From IMG/VR virus record IMGVR_UViG_3300028908_000011, positions 1 to 57,044 of that record: a DNA stretch of 57,044 bases. One strand, given 5' to 3'. A program made the translations under genes and the position numbers. Below, piece by piece: positions 37,554 to 47,251 of the stretch. The notes below the pieces were generated by a model. That model was given only the letters and a program-made list of their open reading frames with translations, was not told the origin of the DNA and made no database searches. This stretch comes from a virus. Taxonomy: Duplodnaviria; Caudoviricetes. The stretch's first letter is position 1. Each line of letters starts with the position of its first letter.

Positions 37554-38579
37554 TTAAAGTCCTTGCAATACTCTCAAAGGCTTTAGTTTGTTAGCGCCCG
37601 CCCCGATATTCTTTACTTGAATCCCGAGATTTTTGGATACGAACAAAGATTGATAATGCGTCTTATCATCGATATGACTAGCATCTCCGCTTCCGCCACT
37701 TAAGAGGTTTGTAGGAGCCGGTATCTTTGCTTCAATATATTGATTGTCAAAATATCCGATAATCGCACACTTTGAAGTATTGTTTGGATCAGTGTGTTTA
37801 ATTTCAGCAACTGCACCGTTGTCAACAAACTGGATCCCTCCAACTACCGCCATGTCTTTTTCGAGTTTTGCGATAACAGAAATTGTATCGTTACCTACTA
37901 CGATTTCAGCCATAGCGCAAATAAGATAGATATCAGGACTCATTACAACAGTAATTTTTCTGATAGGAGTCTGCTTATTTGAGCCTGCCGGGTTTACATT
38001 CTGTACAAAATCCTGAATTTGAGCTTTTAACTCTGTATAGATCTCAAGCGCCGTCATATCTTTGAAAAGTTTTCCGGTTGTGTTGTCAACTCTTCCGATA
38101 TCCGGATGGTTCCCGATCCCATAGATTGACTGCAATTCAAGCTTATCGACACCTGCGATCAGGACTGAATCGTCCATGTGAGCGTGTGCCATAAAAAGAG
38201 CATCTACGTCTTTATCGATGTTGTTAAGTGCTTCCGTCTCATCTTCCAAATACGAACCCATAGATGAAGTAACTTTAGAGATCATTACGCTACCCTTAGA
38301 ATAGACAATGTTCCCCTCTGCTTCACCTTTGATTGTTGGGAAATCTGTAGAATTATATAAGCTTGATAGATTCGGCTCTCCATATATTCCTACTGACCCG
38401 CCTTGATTGATCTCAACTTTTGCCGACAAGCCGCCCTGCGTATTGATGAGACCTTTAAAGAGTCTTGTATAGCCGATCTCATCCGAATTTAGAGCGTTTT
38501 TAATAGCTGTCGGGATTCTGCTATTAACTCTAGCCACGTGTGCTTTATAATATGCTTTTCTTGCGTTTTTTGTTATCAT
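37554..38579 (-). CDS. Major capsid protein
   Basis: 341 aa after protease and decoration genes; YGIGNHP motif as in DUF2184-type capsids. Confidence 0.8.
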   Translation of the reverse strand: MITKNARKAYYKAHVARVNSRIPTAIKNALNSDEIGYTRLFKGLINTQGGLSAKVEINQGGSVGIYGEPNLSSLYNSTDFPTIKGEAEGNIVYSKGSVMISKVTSSMGSYLEDETEALNNIDKDVDALFMAHAHMDDSVLIAGVDKLELQSIYGIGNHPDIGRVDNTTGKLFKDMTALEIYTELKAQIQDFVQNVNPAGSNKQTPIRKITVVMSPDIYLICAMAEIVVGNDTISVIAKLEKDMAVVGGIQFVDNGAVAEIKHTDPNNTSKCAIIGYFDNQYIEAKIPAPTNLLSGGSGDASHIDDKTHYQSLFVSKNLGIQVKNIGAGANKLKPLRVLQGL

Positions 38580-38590
38580 TTTATCCCCTC

Positions 38591-39136
38591 TTACTTATTG
38601 ATTCTTACAATAGCAAACTCATTTGCTTTTGCGGACGTTTCGTATGTTGCGCCTACTAAATCTTTTCCGGTTCTTCCACACATTCCAAGTGTTTTGGTTC
38701 CACCTGCTGTATCAGTATATTTAACTGCGTCTCCGGCTTCTACGTCTTCAAAGACTTTAACCCAAACCGAGCCTTGTTCAAGAATTGAAGGCGTATCACC
38801 TTTCTCCCAGTAATCCGCATCTGTTCCTATTGGAACTTCAAGTTTTGGCTTAATGGATAAATTGTTTGCTCCTGCTGTGTCACACTTTGGAAATGCGTCT
38901 TTGCATACCGTGATACCTATAGCTCTTCCAGTCACTGCTCCTCTAGTTGTAGCATCTGCACTGTCAGGTAGTGCTATAAATTCCTCACCTTCCGATGGAA
39001 TAGCTACGACAACACCAAAAGGAATATTTGTAAGATTCGCGATTCTTCTGCTTGATACTCTATGTCCCAAAATATCATGAGTCATCACACCTGCTTTGTT
39101 TTGTTTGTTAAAAGTTGTTGTTACATTTACTGGCAT
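38591..39136 (-). CDS. Capsid decoration/cement protein
   Basis: IPFGVVV, QGSVWV, GDAV motifs; between protease and capsid. Confidence 0.75.
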   Translation of the reverse strand: MPVNVTTTFNKQNKAGVMTHDILGHRVSSRRIANLTNIPFGVVVAIPSEGEEFIALPDSADATTRGAVTGRAIGITVCKDAFPKCDTAGANNLSIKPKLEVPIGTDADYWEKGDTPSILEQGSVWVKVFEDVEAGDAVKYTDTAGGTKTLGMCGRTGKDLVGATYETSAKANEFAIVRINK

Positions 39137-39138
39137 TT

Positions 39139-40308
39139 TTATTTACCTCCTAAAATTTCGTCATAAACACTTTTCGCCTGCTCGTAAGCGCTCTGTACAT
39201 CTTTTTTCTCGTTTAGCTGTACCACGTCGGTCTTTGTGTCTGTCACTGCTTTATGAAATGCAGTAAATGCATAATATGCAACTTCTTCATTTTCAAATTG
39301 CTGGTTCATGACTTTACCTATAACGGTAACTACGGTATCATCATTTGCAATTTCGATACTATCGTCTATCTCTCTGGCTTTGTTTACGATATCGTTAAAT
39401 CTTGCTTCCGCTTTGATCTTTCTAAGTTCTTCCGCTTCTTTTCTAAGATCTTCACTCTCTTTATTAAGAGCGGTTATCTTACCTTCCATGTCACCTTTGA
39501 ACTTGTTTATCTCGTTTGCTATAGACTCATCTACTTCAAACTCTTTTTCGTTTAAAACAATTTTCATAGTTTTACCCTTTTTTTGATTTTGTGAAGTAAT
39601 GTTAATATTTTTTGTAGGTTCTGTTTTTTGAGCGTTTTCTGCTTTTGACTTTAAGGCTGTTACCGTTGACGTAAAGATCTCTTTTGCTTCATTTTTCAGA
39701 TCTGCAAAAGATTCTTTTTCCGCTTTTTCGCTGTTCTTTATTGAGCAGTCATTGCCACATCTTCCGTTTTCAACTACTGCAACATGATCAAAGATAATCT
39801 CATTTACAAGTTCGGCGTGATACCCTTTTTCTTTTGCGTCTTCTTCACTAAGCCATTCGTATTGGACCAGTCCACCCCATGACAGTTCTGATTTATCGTT
39901 TAACACATCTGTTACCAAATCAGGATCTACAATAGATATCTTTGTCTCGATCTCACCTTTATCATTTAGCCTTGCTTCACTTGTAAGACCTTTTCCGAGA
40001 TACTGTAATGCCTCCTTTTTTGGGTAGTTCATAATTAGATCGTCAGGATGCCCGTTTGTTACCGGTAAATAAGATGCACTTTCAAGAGAGTTTTTTACAA
40101 CTTCTTTCGTAAAGTTTACTTTTATGGTTGTGTGCATATCTTTGTTTCTAAGATACTCAGGCATATCTACTTGATATACCTCACCTAAGTAAAATTCGTG
40201 CACTTTAGCGGATCCTATAACTGCATCAAATGTAACTACACCGTTTGCGGATTTTTTGTTTTTGATTGTGTTTTTGTCTATTTTGTTAAGTAGTGCAAAA
40301 TAAGCCAT
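39139..40308 (-). CDS. Prohead protease/scaffold (DUF2213-type)
   Basis: PVTNGHP, KSELSWG, DHVAVVENGRCG motifs. Confidence 0.85.
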   Translation of the reverse strand: MAYFALLNKIDKNTIKNKKSANGVVTFDAVIGSAKVHEFYLGEVYQVDMPEYLRNKDMHTTIKVNFTKEVVKNSLESASYLPVTNGHPDDLIMNYPKKEALQYLGKGLTSEARLNDKGEIETKISIVDPDLVTDVLNDKSELSWGGLVQYEWLSEEDAKEKGYHAELVNEIIFDHVAVVENGRCGNDCSIKNSEKAEKESFADLKNEAKEIFTSTVTALKSKAENAQKTEPTKNINITSQNQKKGKTMKIVLNEKEFEVDESIANEINKFKGDMEGKITALNKESEDLRKEAEELRKIKAEARFNDIVNKAREIDDSIEIANDDTVVTVIGKVMNQQFENEEVAYYAFTAFHKAVTDTKTDVVQLNEKKDVQSAYEQAKSVYDEILGGK

Positions 40309-40390
40309 ATCCTTCCTTTTTTTGTGTTTTGGCTTATTTTACTTTTTTTGTGAGGTTATGGTTTTTACAGTTTGTTTTCTAAATATTTTT

Positions 40391-40588
40391 CTATTTTTTT
40401 AGTTTTAAATGATTCTCAAGTATTTTTTTAACTCTTTTAAGTCTATTTATTTCTTCCGATAGAGTCTTTATGATTTCTTTATCGAAATTTCCTTTCTTCT
40501 TCATCGTCTCCAACACATCTTCGTGTGTTTTAAGTTTTGATTCTAAACGCCCTATTTCTTCTTTTATATCTTTTTCAATCTCTTTCAT
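40391..40588 (-). CDS. Small coiled-coil protein
   Basis: 65 aa with RBS. Confidence 0.6.
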   Translation of the reverse strand: MKEIEKDIKEEIGRLESKLKTHEDVLETMKKKGNFDKEIIKTLSEEINRLKRVKKILENHLKLKK

Positions 40589-40591
40589 TAT

Positions 40592-40765
40592 TTAACCCTT
40601 TCCTTGTTTTATATCGTCTTTAGTTTCTATAACCACTATAATGTCATTACCATATAGAAGCTTTCCGTCCTTATTATAAATTATCCCTGAAAACAGGGTT
40701 GCATCTTTAAGTGTTAGGTTTTTTGTGTTCATTTGAATGAAAAACTCTTTAACTGTCATTTTCAT
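40592..40765 (-). CDS. 57-aa hypothetical protein (not in ORF track)
   Basis: MKMTVKEFFIQMNTKNLTLKDATLFSG...; AAGGAG RBS after cassette copy 5. Confidence 0.6.
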   Translation of the reverse strand: MKMTVKEFFIQMNTKNLTLKDATLFSGIIYNKDGKLLYGNDIIVVIETKDDIKQGKG

Positions 40766-40793
40766 CTCTTTCTCCTTGTTTAAATTTTGTTGG

Positions 40794-40811
40794 TAGGTTA
40801 ATTATAACCTA
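40794..40811 (-). promoter_or_regulatory. Promoter/operator cassette copy 5
   Basis: TAGGTTAATTATAACCTA; second IR AATTTAATAG/CTATTAAATT at 40834-40869. Confidence 0.85.
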
Positions 40812-40836
40812 TGTTCAATAAGGTTTTACTTAAAAT

Positions 40837-41085
40837 TTAATAGTTTTTTGGTATTTTTTCTATTAAATTAATATTTTCAACAATAATCCAGTCCTGCAAC
40901 TCCTTTAAATCTACATTTTCTATATTTTTCTGCAAAAATGTTTCTTGCTCACTCCATGATAACTTATGGAACTCTTCTTTGGTTATTTTTGTTTTAGTAA
41001 AATCTATTATGCCCTCTCCTACCCTTGTGAATTGAACTTTGAATTTTGTTTGCATTATTTGTATCTCCTTTTTATGACCACACAT
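40837..41085 (-). CDS. Hypothetical protein
   Basis: ORF; likely start at MQTKF after AAGGAG. Confidence 0.6.
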   Translation of the reverse strand: MCGHKKEIQIMQTKFKVQFTRVGEGIIDFTKTKITKEEFHKLSWSEQETFLQKNIENVDLKELQDWIIVENINLIEKIPKNY

Positions 41086-41359
41086 CGCTGTGTGAGTTAT
41101 ATGTTCCTGCCTTCAACTCCGCAATACTATTGTCGATCTCGCGGAATATACGGCTTATCGCCGCATCAAAGCTCTCACCGTAATATGGAGAGAATGAGGT
41201 GAAAGGAACTTTTATCTCTCCTGGACATATCGTTCCTGTGGAATGGATAGACCAATTGCCATGCTGATCTATCCATATTGCATCGAGCCATCCTGTTGAG
41301 CCATCTCTACTTTTTATTTCATCCCGTAATACAGTGCGTCGTTTCAACATTCTTTTCAT
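41072..41359 (-). CDS. Hypothetical protein
   Basis: 95 aa with RBS after cassette copy 6. Confidence 0.65.
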   Translation of the reverse strand: MKRMLKRRTVLRDEIKSRDGSTGWLDAIWIDQHGNWSIHSTGTICPGEIKVPFTSFSPYYGESFDAAISRIFREIDNSIAELKAGTYNSHSDVWS

Positions 41360-41382
41360 ATTGTATCCTTTCCTTGTTTTGA

Positions 41383-41400
41383 TAGGTTAATTATAACCTA
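41383..41400 (-). promoter_or_regulatory. Promoter/operator cassette copy 6
   Basis: TAGGTTAATTATAACCTA; second IR at 41422-41457. Confidence 0.85.
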
Positions 41401-41458
41401 TGTTAGATAAATCATGACTTAAATTTAATAGCTTTTTGGTATTTTTTCTATTAAATTT

Positions 41459-41695
41459 CTATTTTTCAATGCATATAGCATTAAATTTAACTTCGTATGT
41501 GTTTTTTTCAATTACATCTATTGTTATGTAACCGCCATTCAAACTACAATCAAGCGAATAATTTGTTTTTACACTTTCGAAAAGAAATACATCGCTTGTA
41601 TCTTCTATATTGAAGATCTCTTTTTTGTTTTTGTATTCTTCACCACATCCCGTTAGTGCAAAAATTAGAACTGATAAGCCGATAATTTTTTTCAT
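41459..41695 (-). CDS. Lipoprotein
   Basis: MKKIIGLSVLIFALTGC lipobox. Confidence 0.75.
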   Translation of the reverse strand: MKKIIGLSVLIFALTGCGEEYKNKKEIFNIEDTSDVFLFESVKTNYSLDCSLNGGYITIDVIEKNTYEVKFNAICIEK

Positions 41696-41773
41696 GTCTT
41701 TTTTCCTTTTTTTGTCTTGTATATTTATATCGGCTGTTTTCTGGTTTTCTTTAGTGGTTGTTTGTGTTTTTTA

Positions 41774-42523
41774 TCAAAGCACTTCTTTAGCTACACTAGG
41801 TCTCAATGCTACACTCCAGATCTTATCTTTCAACTCGCTTTCAAATATCAAAGTTTTTCCATTTAGGTCTATCTGCAAGATCTCGGTGATCTGTCGTCCG
41901 ATTTCTTCGTCCGGGAGATCTATATTTTTCAGGTCAATAACGGCTTCAAAATCGTCGTTTAGGCTATCTTTTAGTATTTGTTTGAGTGTTGTATCAGGTT
42001 CGCTTACTTCGGCTTCTATGTAGTCGTTTTTTGCTATTTGTCTTGCTTCCAGTTCTTCGTCTGAAAAATACTCGCTATCAACATTTTTAGTTAATTTTAG
42101 TTTTTCAAAATCCCACTCATAAGTCATTTTCAACTTTCTAATTGCATGTATGTTACCTTTGCCAAAAATATGCGGATTTAACTGATATGTTCCCCTTCCA
42201 ACTCTTTTTATTATTTGCTTTCTTACAAGCCCTGTTATAGAGTTATTTATAGATTTTAAAGATATATTCATAAGTTCAGATATTCTGTCTTTAACTAACC
42301 TATTTACAACAACCTCATTATCATTAAAAGTAACATACTTCATTAATCCGAACACTGTTTGGATTTCTGTTTTAGATAGATTTTTCATAAAACCTATACT
42401 TTCAATGAAGGTCATAAAAAATATATCTTCCTTTGAACTTTTTGTTATTCTGTTTTCCCTTGTTATTATTTCTCCTGTTTCCGGATTCTCTCTTGTTTCT
42501 ATTGCTTCGTAAGTAATACTCAT
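41774..42523 (-). CDS. Plasmid-type replication/maintenance protein (RepL-like wHTH)
   Basis: NPETGEI N-terminus; ISELMNISLKSINNSITGL...GRGTYQLNPHIFGKG; iterons upstream. Confidence 0.78.
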   Translation of the reverse strand: MSITYEAIETRENPETGEIITRENRITKSSKEDIFFMTFIESIGFMKNLSKTEIQTVFGLMKYVTFNDNEVVVNRLVKDRISELMNISLKSINNSITGLVRKQIIKRVGRGTYQLNPHIFGKGNIHAIRKLKMTYEWDFEKLKLTKNVDSEYFSDEELEARQIAKNDYIEAEVSEPDTTLKQILKDSLNDDFEAVIDLKNIDLPDEEIGRQITEILQIDLNGKTLIFESELKDKIWSVALRPSVAKEVL

Positions 42524-42532
42524 TTTGTGCCT

Positions 42533-42958
42533 TATTCCTTTTTTTTTGGGAATAATATAGAATTTTTTCTTTAATGTTCCTAAATTTTTGGGAATATTGT
42601 AGAATTTTTGGTATATTGTTCCTTTTTTTTTGGGAATAAGCTTTAAAAATCTTTTTTTATATACCCCTATCTAGGGAACCTTATACCCCTATCCAGGGAA
42701 TTATATACCCCTATCCAGGGAATTAGCAAAAGTGGTGTTAAGCCCTAAATTTAGGGATTTGAACAACTTTTTTTTAAAAAATCTCTTATTTATAGTAATA
42801 AGTACTTTTCCTATTCCTTTTTTTTGGGAATATACATTTTTAAAAATGTATTGTGTAATATTTAATATTACAATATACACTTTTTAGCGTGTATTACCTA
42901 TAAAATTTCATTTTTTGGATACACTCTATGGATGTACTTGATACACGCTATGGATGTA
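42533..42958. promoter_or_regulatory. Putative plasmid-type origin region
   Basis: Four TTCC-N9-GGGAATA-type sites (42533, 42577, 42619, 42812), palindromes 42743-42756, 42832-42851, 42854-42872, two GATACACNCTATGGATGTA repeats (42918, 42940), AT-rich. Confidence 0.7.
42660..42725. repeat. Three tandem 22-bp iterons TATACCCCTATCYAGGGAAnnn
   Basis: Copies at 42660, 42682, 42704. Confidence 0.9.
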
Positions 42959-43208
42959 TTTCATTTTTTTCTTCAAGCATTTTTAGACTTCCGATCTTTT
43001 TTTTATGCTGTTTAGGCGGGTGGTGGGCACTATTTTAACGTTCAAGCCGTCCAGCCCAATAAGCCCCCTCTCCTTCAAGTGGCGTTCGCCTTGCATCTTG
43101 CTAACTTTTTTTGGCGGATCTAGCAGATACGGTGCGGTTTATCCTTTGCTAGCCGATCAGCGCTGTTCGATTGTCTTAGGATTTGCACATTATCCGGCTA
43201 CAAGCTTT

Positions 43209-43952
43209 TTAAAATTCTATTATAAACTCTCGACTACATCTACAGTTTATATCATTTAGCGCCCTATTTCCGGCATTGTCTCCGATAACTTTAAATCTTT
43301 TTCCTTCTAGCTTCGCGTGTGTCTTTCTTACTCTATCATCCTTTGAGGTTTTAAATATAAACTCTTCATATCCTGCATAATATGCCTTTGCAAGCGTCAA
43401 GGATCTATTGAACTTAAGCGTTTGATCCCTTGCAATAAGTTTAAAATTTCTATGTCCTGTTCCTATCCTGTTCTTTATGATCTCCCGGATACTGAACTCT
43501 TTATTCTGCTGTAAAGCCAAATAGATATCGTTTTTGATGTTGTCCTTGAGTCTCTCGTTTACCGTCTTTATAAGCCCTACATTGTACTCAGTCAAGATCT
43601 CTAAATCTTTCTTGATAACCTTTTTTAGTTTAAGATTTGTTGGGAGCTTTAGGATCTTGTATGCTTGTACATTGTCTTTTCTGACTCTCCTATCATGGAT
43701 AATCATTGTTTTTTTTATCCATTTTGATACTACTTTCTTTAAATCCCACTTGCCGGTTATCTTTTCGATCTTCTTTATTATTCTCTCAACATCTTTTAAA
43801 ATGTCATTCTTTACATAGAATCCGTTTTTAGCGTTTTTAACCTCTAATCTAAGTAATTCATCCTCTAAATCGTTATATAGCTTATTTAGCGTGTTCTTGT
43901 ACTCCAGATAAGCATAAAAAGGATACTTCGGATCTCTATATCTTACGATCAC
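43209..43952 (-). CDS. Head morphogenesis protein (SPP1 gp7/Mu gpF-like)
   Basis: LIARDQTLKFN, TSKDDRVRKTH, INCRC motifs. Confidence 0.88.
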   Translation of the reverse strand: MIVRYRDPKYPFYAYLEYKNTLNKLYNDLEDELLRLEVKNAKNGFYVKNDILKDVERIIKKIEKITGKWDLKKVVSKWIKKTMIIHDRRVRKDNVQAYKILKLPTNLKLKKVIKKDLEILTEYNVGLIKTVNERLKDNIKNDIYLALQQNKEFSIREIIKNRIGTGHRNFKLIARDQTLKFNRSLTLAKAYYAGYEEFIFKTSKDDRVRKTHAKLEGKRFKVIGDNAGNRALNDINCRCSREFIIEF

Positions 43953-45163
43953 TCGATAACATCCTCTAATTCACCATCCGGGTTAAAATCTGTTCCGGTG
44001 TCTTCGACTTTCGTGATCTCTTTGCCTTTGAATACAAAATCAATGATGTCTTTGTCTTTTACCTCACCTGATAGGTTGGTTAAAAGAGTGCTTAACACCC
44101 CTACTCTCTTGTTCTGTAGTTCAGCTGTATCTATCTCATACTTTAGTCGTTCTTCTTTCGTTTCTGTCTTTATTGAGTTATAGACAACTTCATATTTTAT
44201 TTTTTTGTTTTTATGATATAGGTTCAGCACTGGAGTAAAGATTTTGTCTTGTACTTCACTGCTCACATAGTCATAGTAGTTTTCTAACTCGTGATCGCCT
44301 CCCTGAAATCCACTCGGTGACTTTCCAAAAAGGATGGTTATAGGAATCTCAGAAACCGCGCTTACCATAACCATTAAAGCGTCTTGAATCTCTTTGTACC
44401 CTGATAGATTTTTGGTTATCTGATCTATTTGCTCTTCGCTATCCATAGGTATCAAGTTGAATGATGTCATTATCTTGTACATGGTTTGCAATCTGGTAAA
44501 GAGTTTCTGATATATTTCTTCACACTCTTTCACATCCCCGCATGTACTTAAAGCGTTTGCAAGACCCTTCAATCTCAGTATATCGACCTGTGAGCTTTCG
44601 ATGAGCTGTACCGGTGTGTTTATAGCTATGTTGAGCGCTGTGGTAGCCGGATATACTGCTTCAAGCTCGCTGTTAAAGTTTAGTTCTATCCACCTATCAT
44701 CGTGGATCATATAGCTGTCTTCTACTCCGTTGATAGATACTGTTATCTCCGGTACTCTCTTGTAGCCGGTCTCTCCTTGATTTATTTCATGCCATACTAC
44801 GTTTTCAGATCTTACTGTTATGAAGTTCTGAAAGTTTCCAGTAGGAGCTCTATCCGGCTCCCTTCCGTCGTTATATACTACTAATACACCTCCAAACACT
44901 CTTACATTCTCTGCTACATTGAAAATGTTTTCTTTGATCTTGTCTTTCTTATGAGTATCTTGTAAGTTTTTTGCATTTGTGTAGTCTATAAAGTTCTTTA
45001 AACCTGTAGTTATCGGCTTTGTTATTATTTTTCTTAAAAGTTTGTCACTTTTGTAGATCTTTTGTTTAGTGTCTGCATCAAGTTCATTATCAGCAGTTAC
45101 TGACTTTATTTGCTTATCTAGGAAATCAGCAAAACCTTTTAGGGAGTTTTCTATTTTTTCCAT
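43949..45163 (-). CDS. Portal protein (DUF1073-type)
   Basis: SAVSEIPITILFGKSPSGF.G..ELENYYD motif. Confidence 0.88.
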   Translation of the reverse strand: MEKIENSLKGFADFLDKQIKSVTADNELDADTKQKIYKSDKLLRKIITKPITTGLKNFIDYTNAKNLQDTHKKDKIKENIFNVAENVRVFGGVLVVYNDGREPDRAPTGNFQNFITVRSENVVWHEINQGETGYKRVPEITVSINGVEDSYMIHDDRWIELNFNSELEAVYPATTALNIAINTPVQLIESSQVDILRLKGLANALSTCGDVKECEEIYQKLFTRLQTMYKIMTSFNLIPMDSEEQIDQITKNLSGYKEIQDALMVMVSAVSEIPITILFGKSPSGFQGGDHELENYYDYVSSEVQDKIFTPVLNLYHKNKKIKYEVVYNSIKTETKEERLKYEIDTAELQNKRVGVLSTLLTNLSGEVKDKDIIDFVFKGKEITKVEDTGTDFNPDGELEDVIE

Positions 45164-45213
45164 TAAAAAACCTCTTTTTGGTTTATTTTATCCAAAAAAG
45201 AGGTTCTACAGTT

Positions 45214-45732
45214 TTAAATCGCCGTATAAGGCTTGTTCCATTTACCTACTTCAAAATTGAAATAAAATTTTGTATGAAAATAGTCTATCATCGAGTCTGA
45301 ATCGTCAAACCAATTTAGAGTTTTTTTAACTTCTTTTTCGATCTCCATATATGCTTTATAAAAGTCTGAATTTTTGTTGAATAGGTTCATGTGCCCTTTT
45401 CCGTCGTTAATCAACTCTGAAACTCCAATATACTTCATAAGCTGATAGTTGTAGTCTCCACCTGCAAGGTACTCGCTAAATGCTTTTTCAAATTCTTTTT
45501 CATTGTTGTATGTAAATGCTCCAACTCCATATCTTGCTATAAAATCTTTCATGTATCCCGAAAGATCAAGATCGTCGATTGTGATCTTCTTGCCTTTCAT
45601 GATAGAGATGTTAAGCGTTGAATGGTTTTCCATAGTTGTGGAAATCTTTAATCCGTATTTTTTACCTATCTCGTTTGCAATCTTTCTAGCCTCTGCTGTT
45701 TGTTCTTTTGTGATGTAAGCCATATCTTTCAT
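45214..45732 (-). CDS. Conserved phage protein (LPD29-like C-terminus)
   Basis: KKYGLK...HSTL, WFDDSDSMIDYFH..FY...GKWNKPY; inserted between terminase and portal. Confidence 0.6.
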   Translation of the reverse strand: MKDMAYITKEQTAEARKIANEIGKKYGLKISTTMENHSTLNISIMKGKKITIDDLDLSGYMKDFIARYGVGAFTYNNEKEFEKAFSEYLAGGDYNYQLMKYIGVSELINDGKGHMNLFNKNSDFYKAYMEIEKEVKKTLNWFDDSDSMIDYFHTKFYFNFEVGKWNKPYTAI

Positions 45733-45755
45733 CCTTTCCTTATATTATTTATTGA

Positions 45756-45773
45756 TAGGTTAATTATAACCTA
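45756..45773 (-). promoter_or_regulatory. Promoter/operator cassette copy 7
   Basis: TAGGTTAATTATAACCTA; TTAAGT 21 bp upstream of TATAAT; second IR 45795-45830. Confidence 0.85.
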
Positions 45774-45840
45774 TGTTAGATAAGATTTGACTTAAATTTA
45801 ATAGCTTTTTGGTATTTTTTCTATTAAATTCATATTTTTT

Positions 45841-47172
45841 TCAATAATCCCATGTAGTAGTCACATTTGACAACTCTTCTATAGCATCGCTTAAAGCGTC
45901 CACTTGATCGTCATGTTTTCCAAGAGGAAACTTTTCCAACTCGTTTAAAAACTCTTCGTTCCAATCGCCTCGTAATAGCTTTATGTTTCCTTGTTCTGCT
46001 TGACTTGAAGCCGGCTTTGCTCTTACTTCTTTGGAACCTGTTACCGATATAGCCTTTATAGGATATCCTAGCATCATCCTTACAAAGTGTTCCGCTAATG
46101 CTTTACCTGCACTTCCAACATCTTTAGGTACTGTTATGTTCGTCTTCTTTCCGTCTCTTGTTCCGGTGTTTTTAAAGGTACTGTCAATAACTGCTTGAGT
46201 GTCTCTCAGTCTTACTATATCGATTATGTAGATATATCCGTCTTTACCAAGACCTGCAAGTAGTCCAACTGTATAATCAGGATCAGGGTTTTCCGGTGTT
46301 GGTTTTGTGCCTGCGAAATCCCAACTCCTTACTGTCTTTCTCATCGGCGGTAATGTTTCGACTATCTCGAAATACCGTTTTTTAAAGTATTGACCTGCAT
46401 CTGCTCTTGTATTCCAGTTTCCGTAAAGCAATCTCTCTCTATCTACCTTTGGAAGAGCCTGTAAGTTTGCAAGATAAGAAGGGTCTTTTTCTAAGAGTTT
46501 TTTGTTGTCGTAAACACTTGCGCTTATAAAGGTAAAGCTTTTAGGTTCTATCCCCGGGAACTCTTTTTTGAGATCTTCTTTGTTGTCGCTCCAATGTATT
46601 ACGTCATTGTAGTTTACGAAATATCGTATAACTCCGCTTCTATCAGGTATCGGCAAACCATCCTCACCTATCCACCAATCGATAAAATCTCTTACCCAGC
46701 TATCGGCGTCCGGGTTTGTTGTTGCTCTTATGTATGGTTTAACTCCGCATGTAGATCTGTTTCTGGATAGCATATACATAAATTGTTTTTTGCTAAAGTG
46801 CGTTAACTCGTCAAAGCCAATATAAGCGATCTGTGACCCCTGCCACTTTTCCAGATCTTTATCTGCTCCAAGCCCTCTAAGTGTTACAGTAGCGCCGCTT
46901 GAGAAAGTGAACTTTGTGTTTCCTATACTGGGTTCACAATCAAAGTGTGTATAAAGCTCTATTGCTTCATCCCATAGCCCGCCCGTGTTGGTTATTTGAG
47001 TATGCTCTTTTCTGAATATAACCGCGCCAAATCCGGCATTATTTTTGTGCCTAAGCGCTTCTAGCAGTAAAGCAAAAGATTTACCGCTACCCGCGGATCC
47101 GCCATAAAGACAAATATCTGCATTTGTGCTTAGGAACTCTTCTTGTTTGCCTGCTTGTGGTCTTATTTCCAT
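45841..47172 (-). CDS. terL: Terminase large subunit
   Basis: Walker A YGGSAGSGKS, Walker B IGFDELTHF, nuclease SWDFA and HDDQVDA. Confidence 0.95.
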   Translation of the reverse strand: MEIRPQAGKQEEFLSTNADICLYGGSAGSGKSFALLLEALRHKNNAGFGAVIFRKEHTQITNTGGLWDEAIELYTHFDCEPSIGNTKFTFSSGATVTLRGLGADKDLEKWQGSQIAYIGFDELTHFSKKQFMYMLSRNRSTCGVKPYIRATTNPDADSWVRDFIDWWIGEDGLPIPDRSGVIRYFVNYNDVIHWSDNKEDLKKEFPGIEPKSFTFISASVYDNKKLLEKDPSYLANLQALPKVDRERLLYGNWNTRADAGQYFKKRYFEIVETLPPMRKTVRSWDFAGTKPTPENPDPDYTVGLLAGLGKDGYIYIIDIVRLRDTQAVIDSTFKNTGTRDGKKTNITVPKDVGSAGKALAEHFVRMMLGYPIKAISVTGSKEVRAKPASSQAEQGNIKLLRGDWNEEFLNELEKFPLGKHDDQVDALSDAIEELSNVTTTWDY

Positions 47173-47251
47173 CTTTTTTACCCTTCCAGTAAAAAAAGTA
47201 AAAACAATTTTTTAAAGTGTCTAAAATCCAATATCAGACACAAATTTTTCT

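Noticed and set aside
43949-45163. Anti-CBASS Acb1 label sometimes attached to DUF1073 proteins
   Set aside because: Size, motifs and position between terminase and gp7-like gene indicate a portal protein
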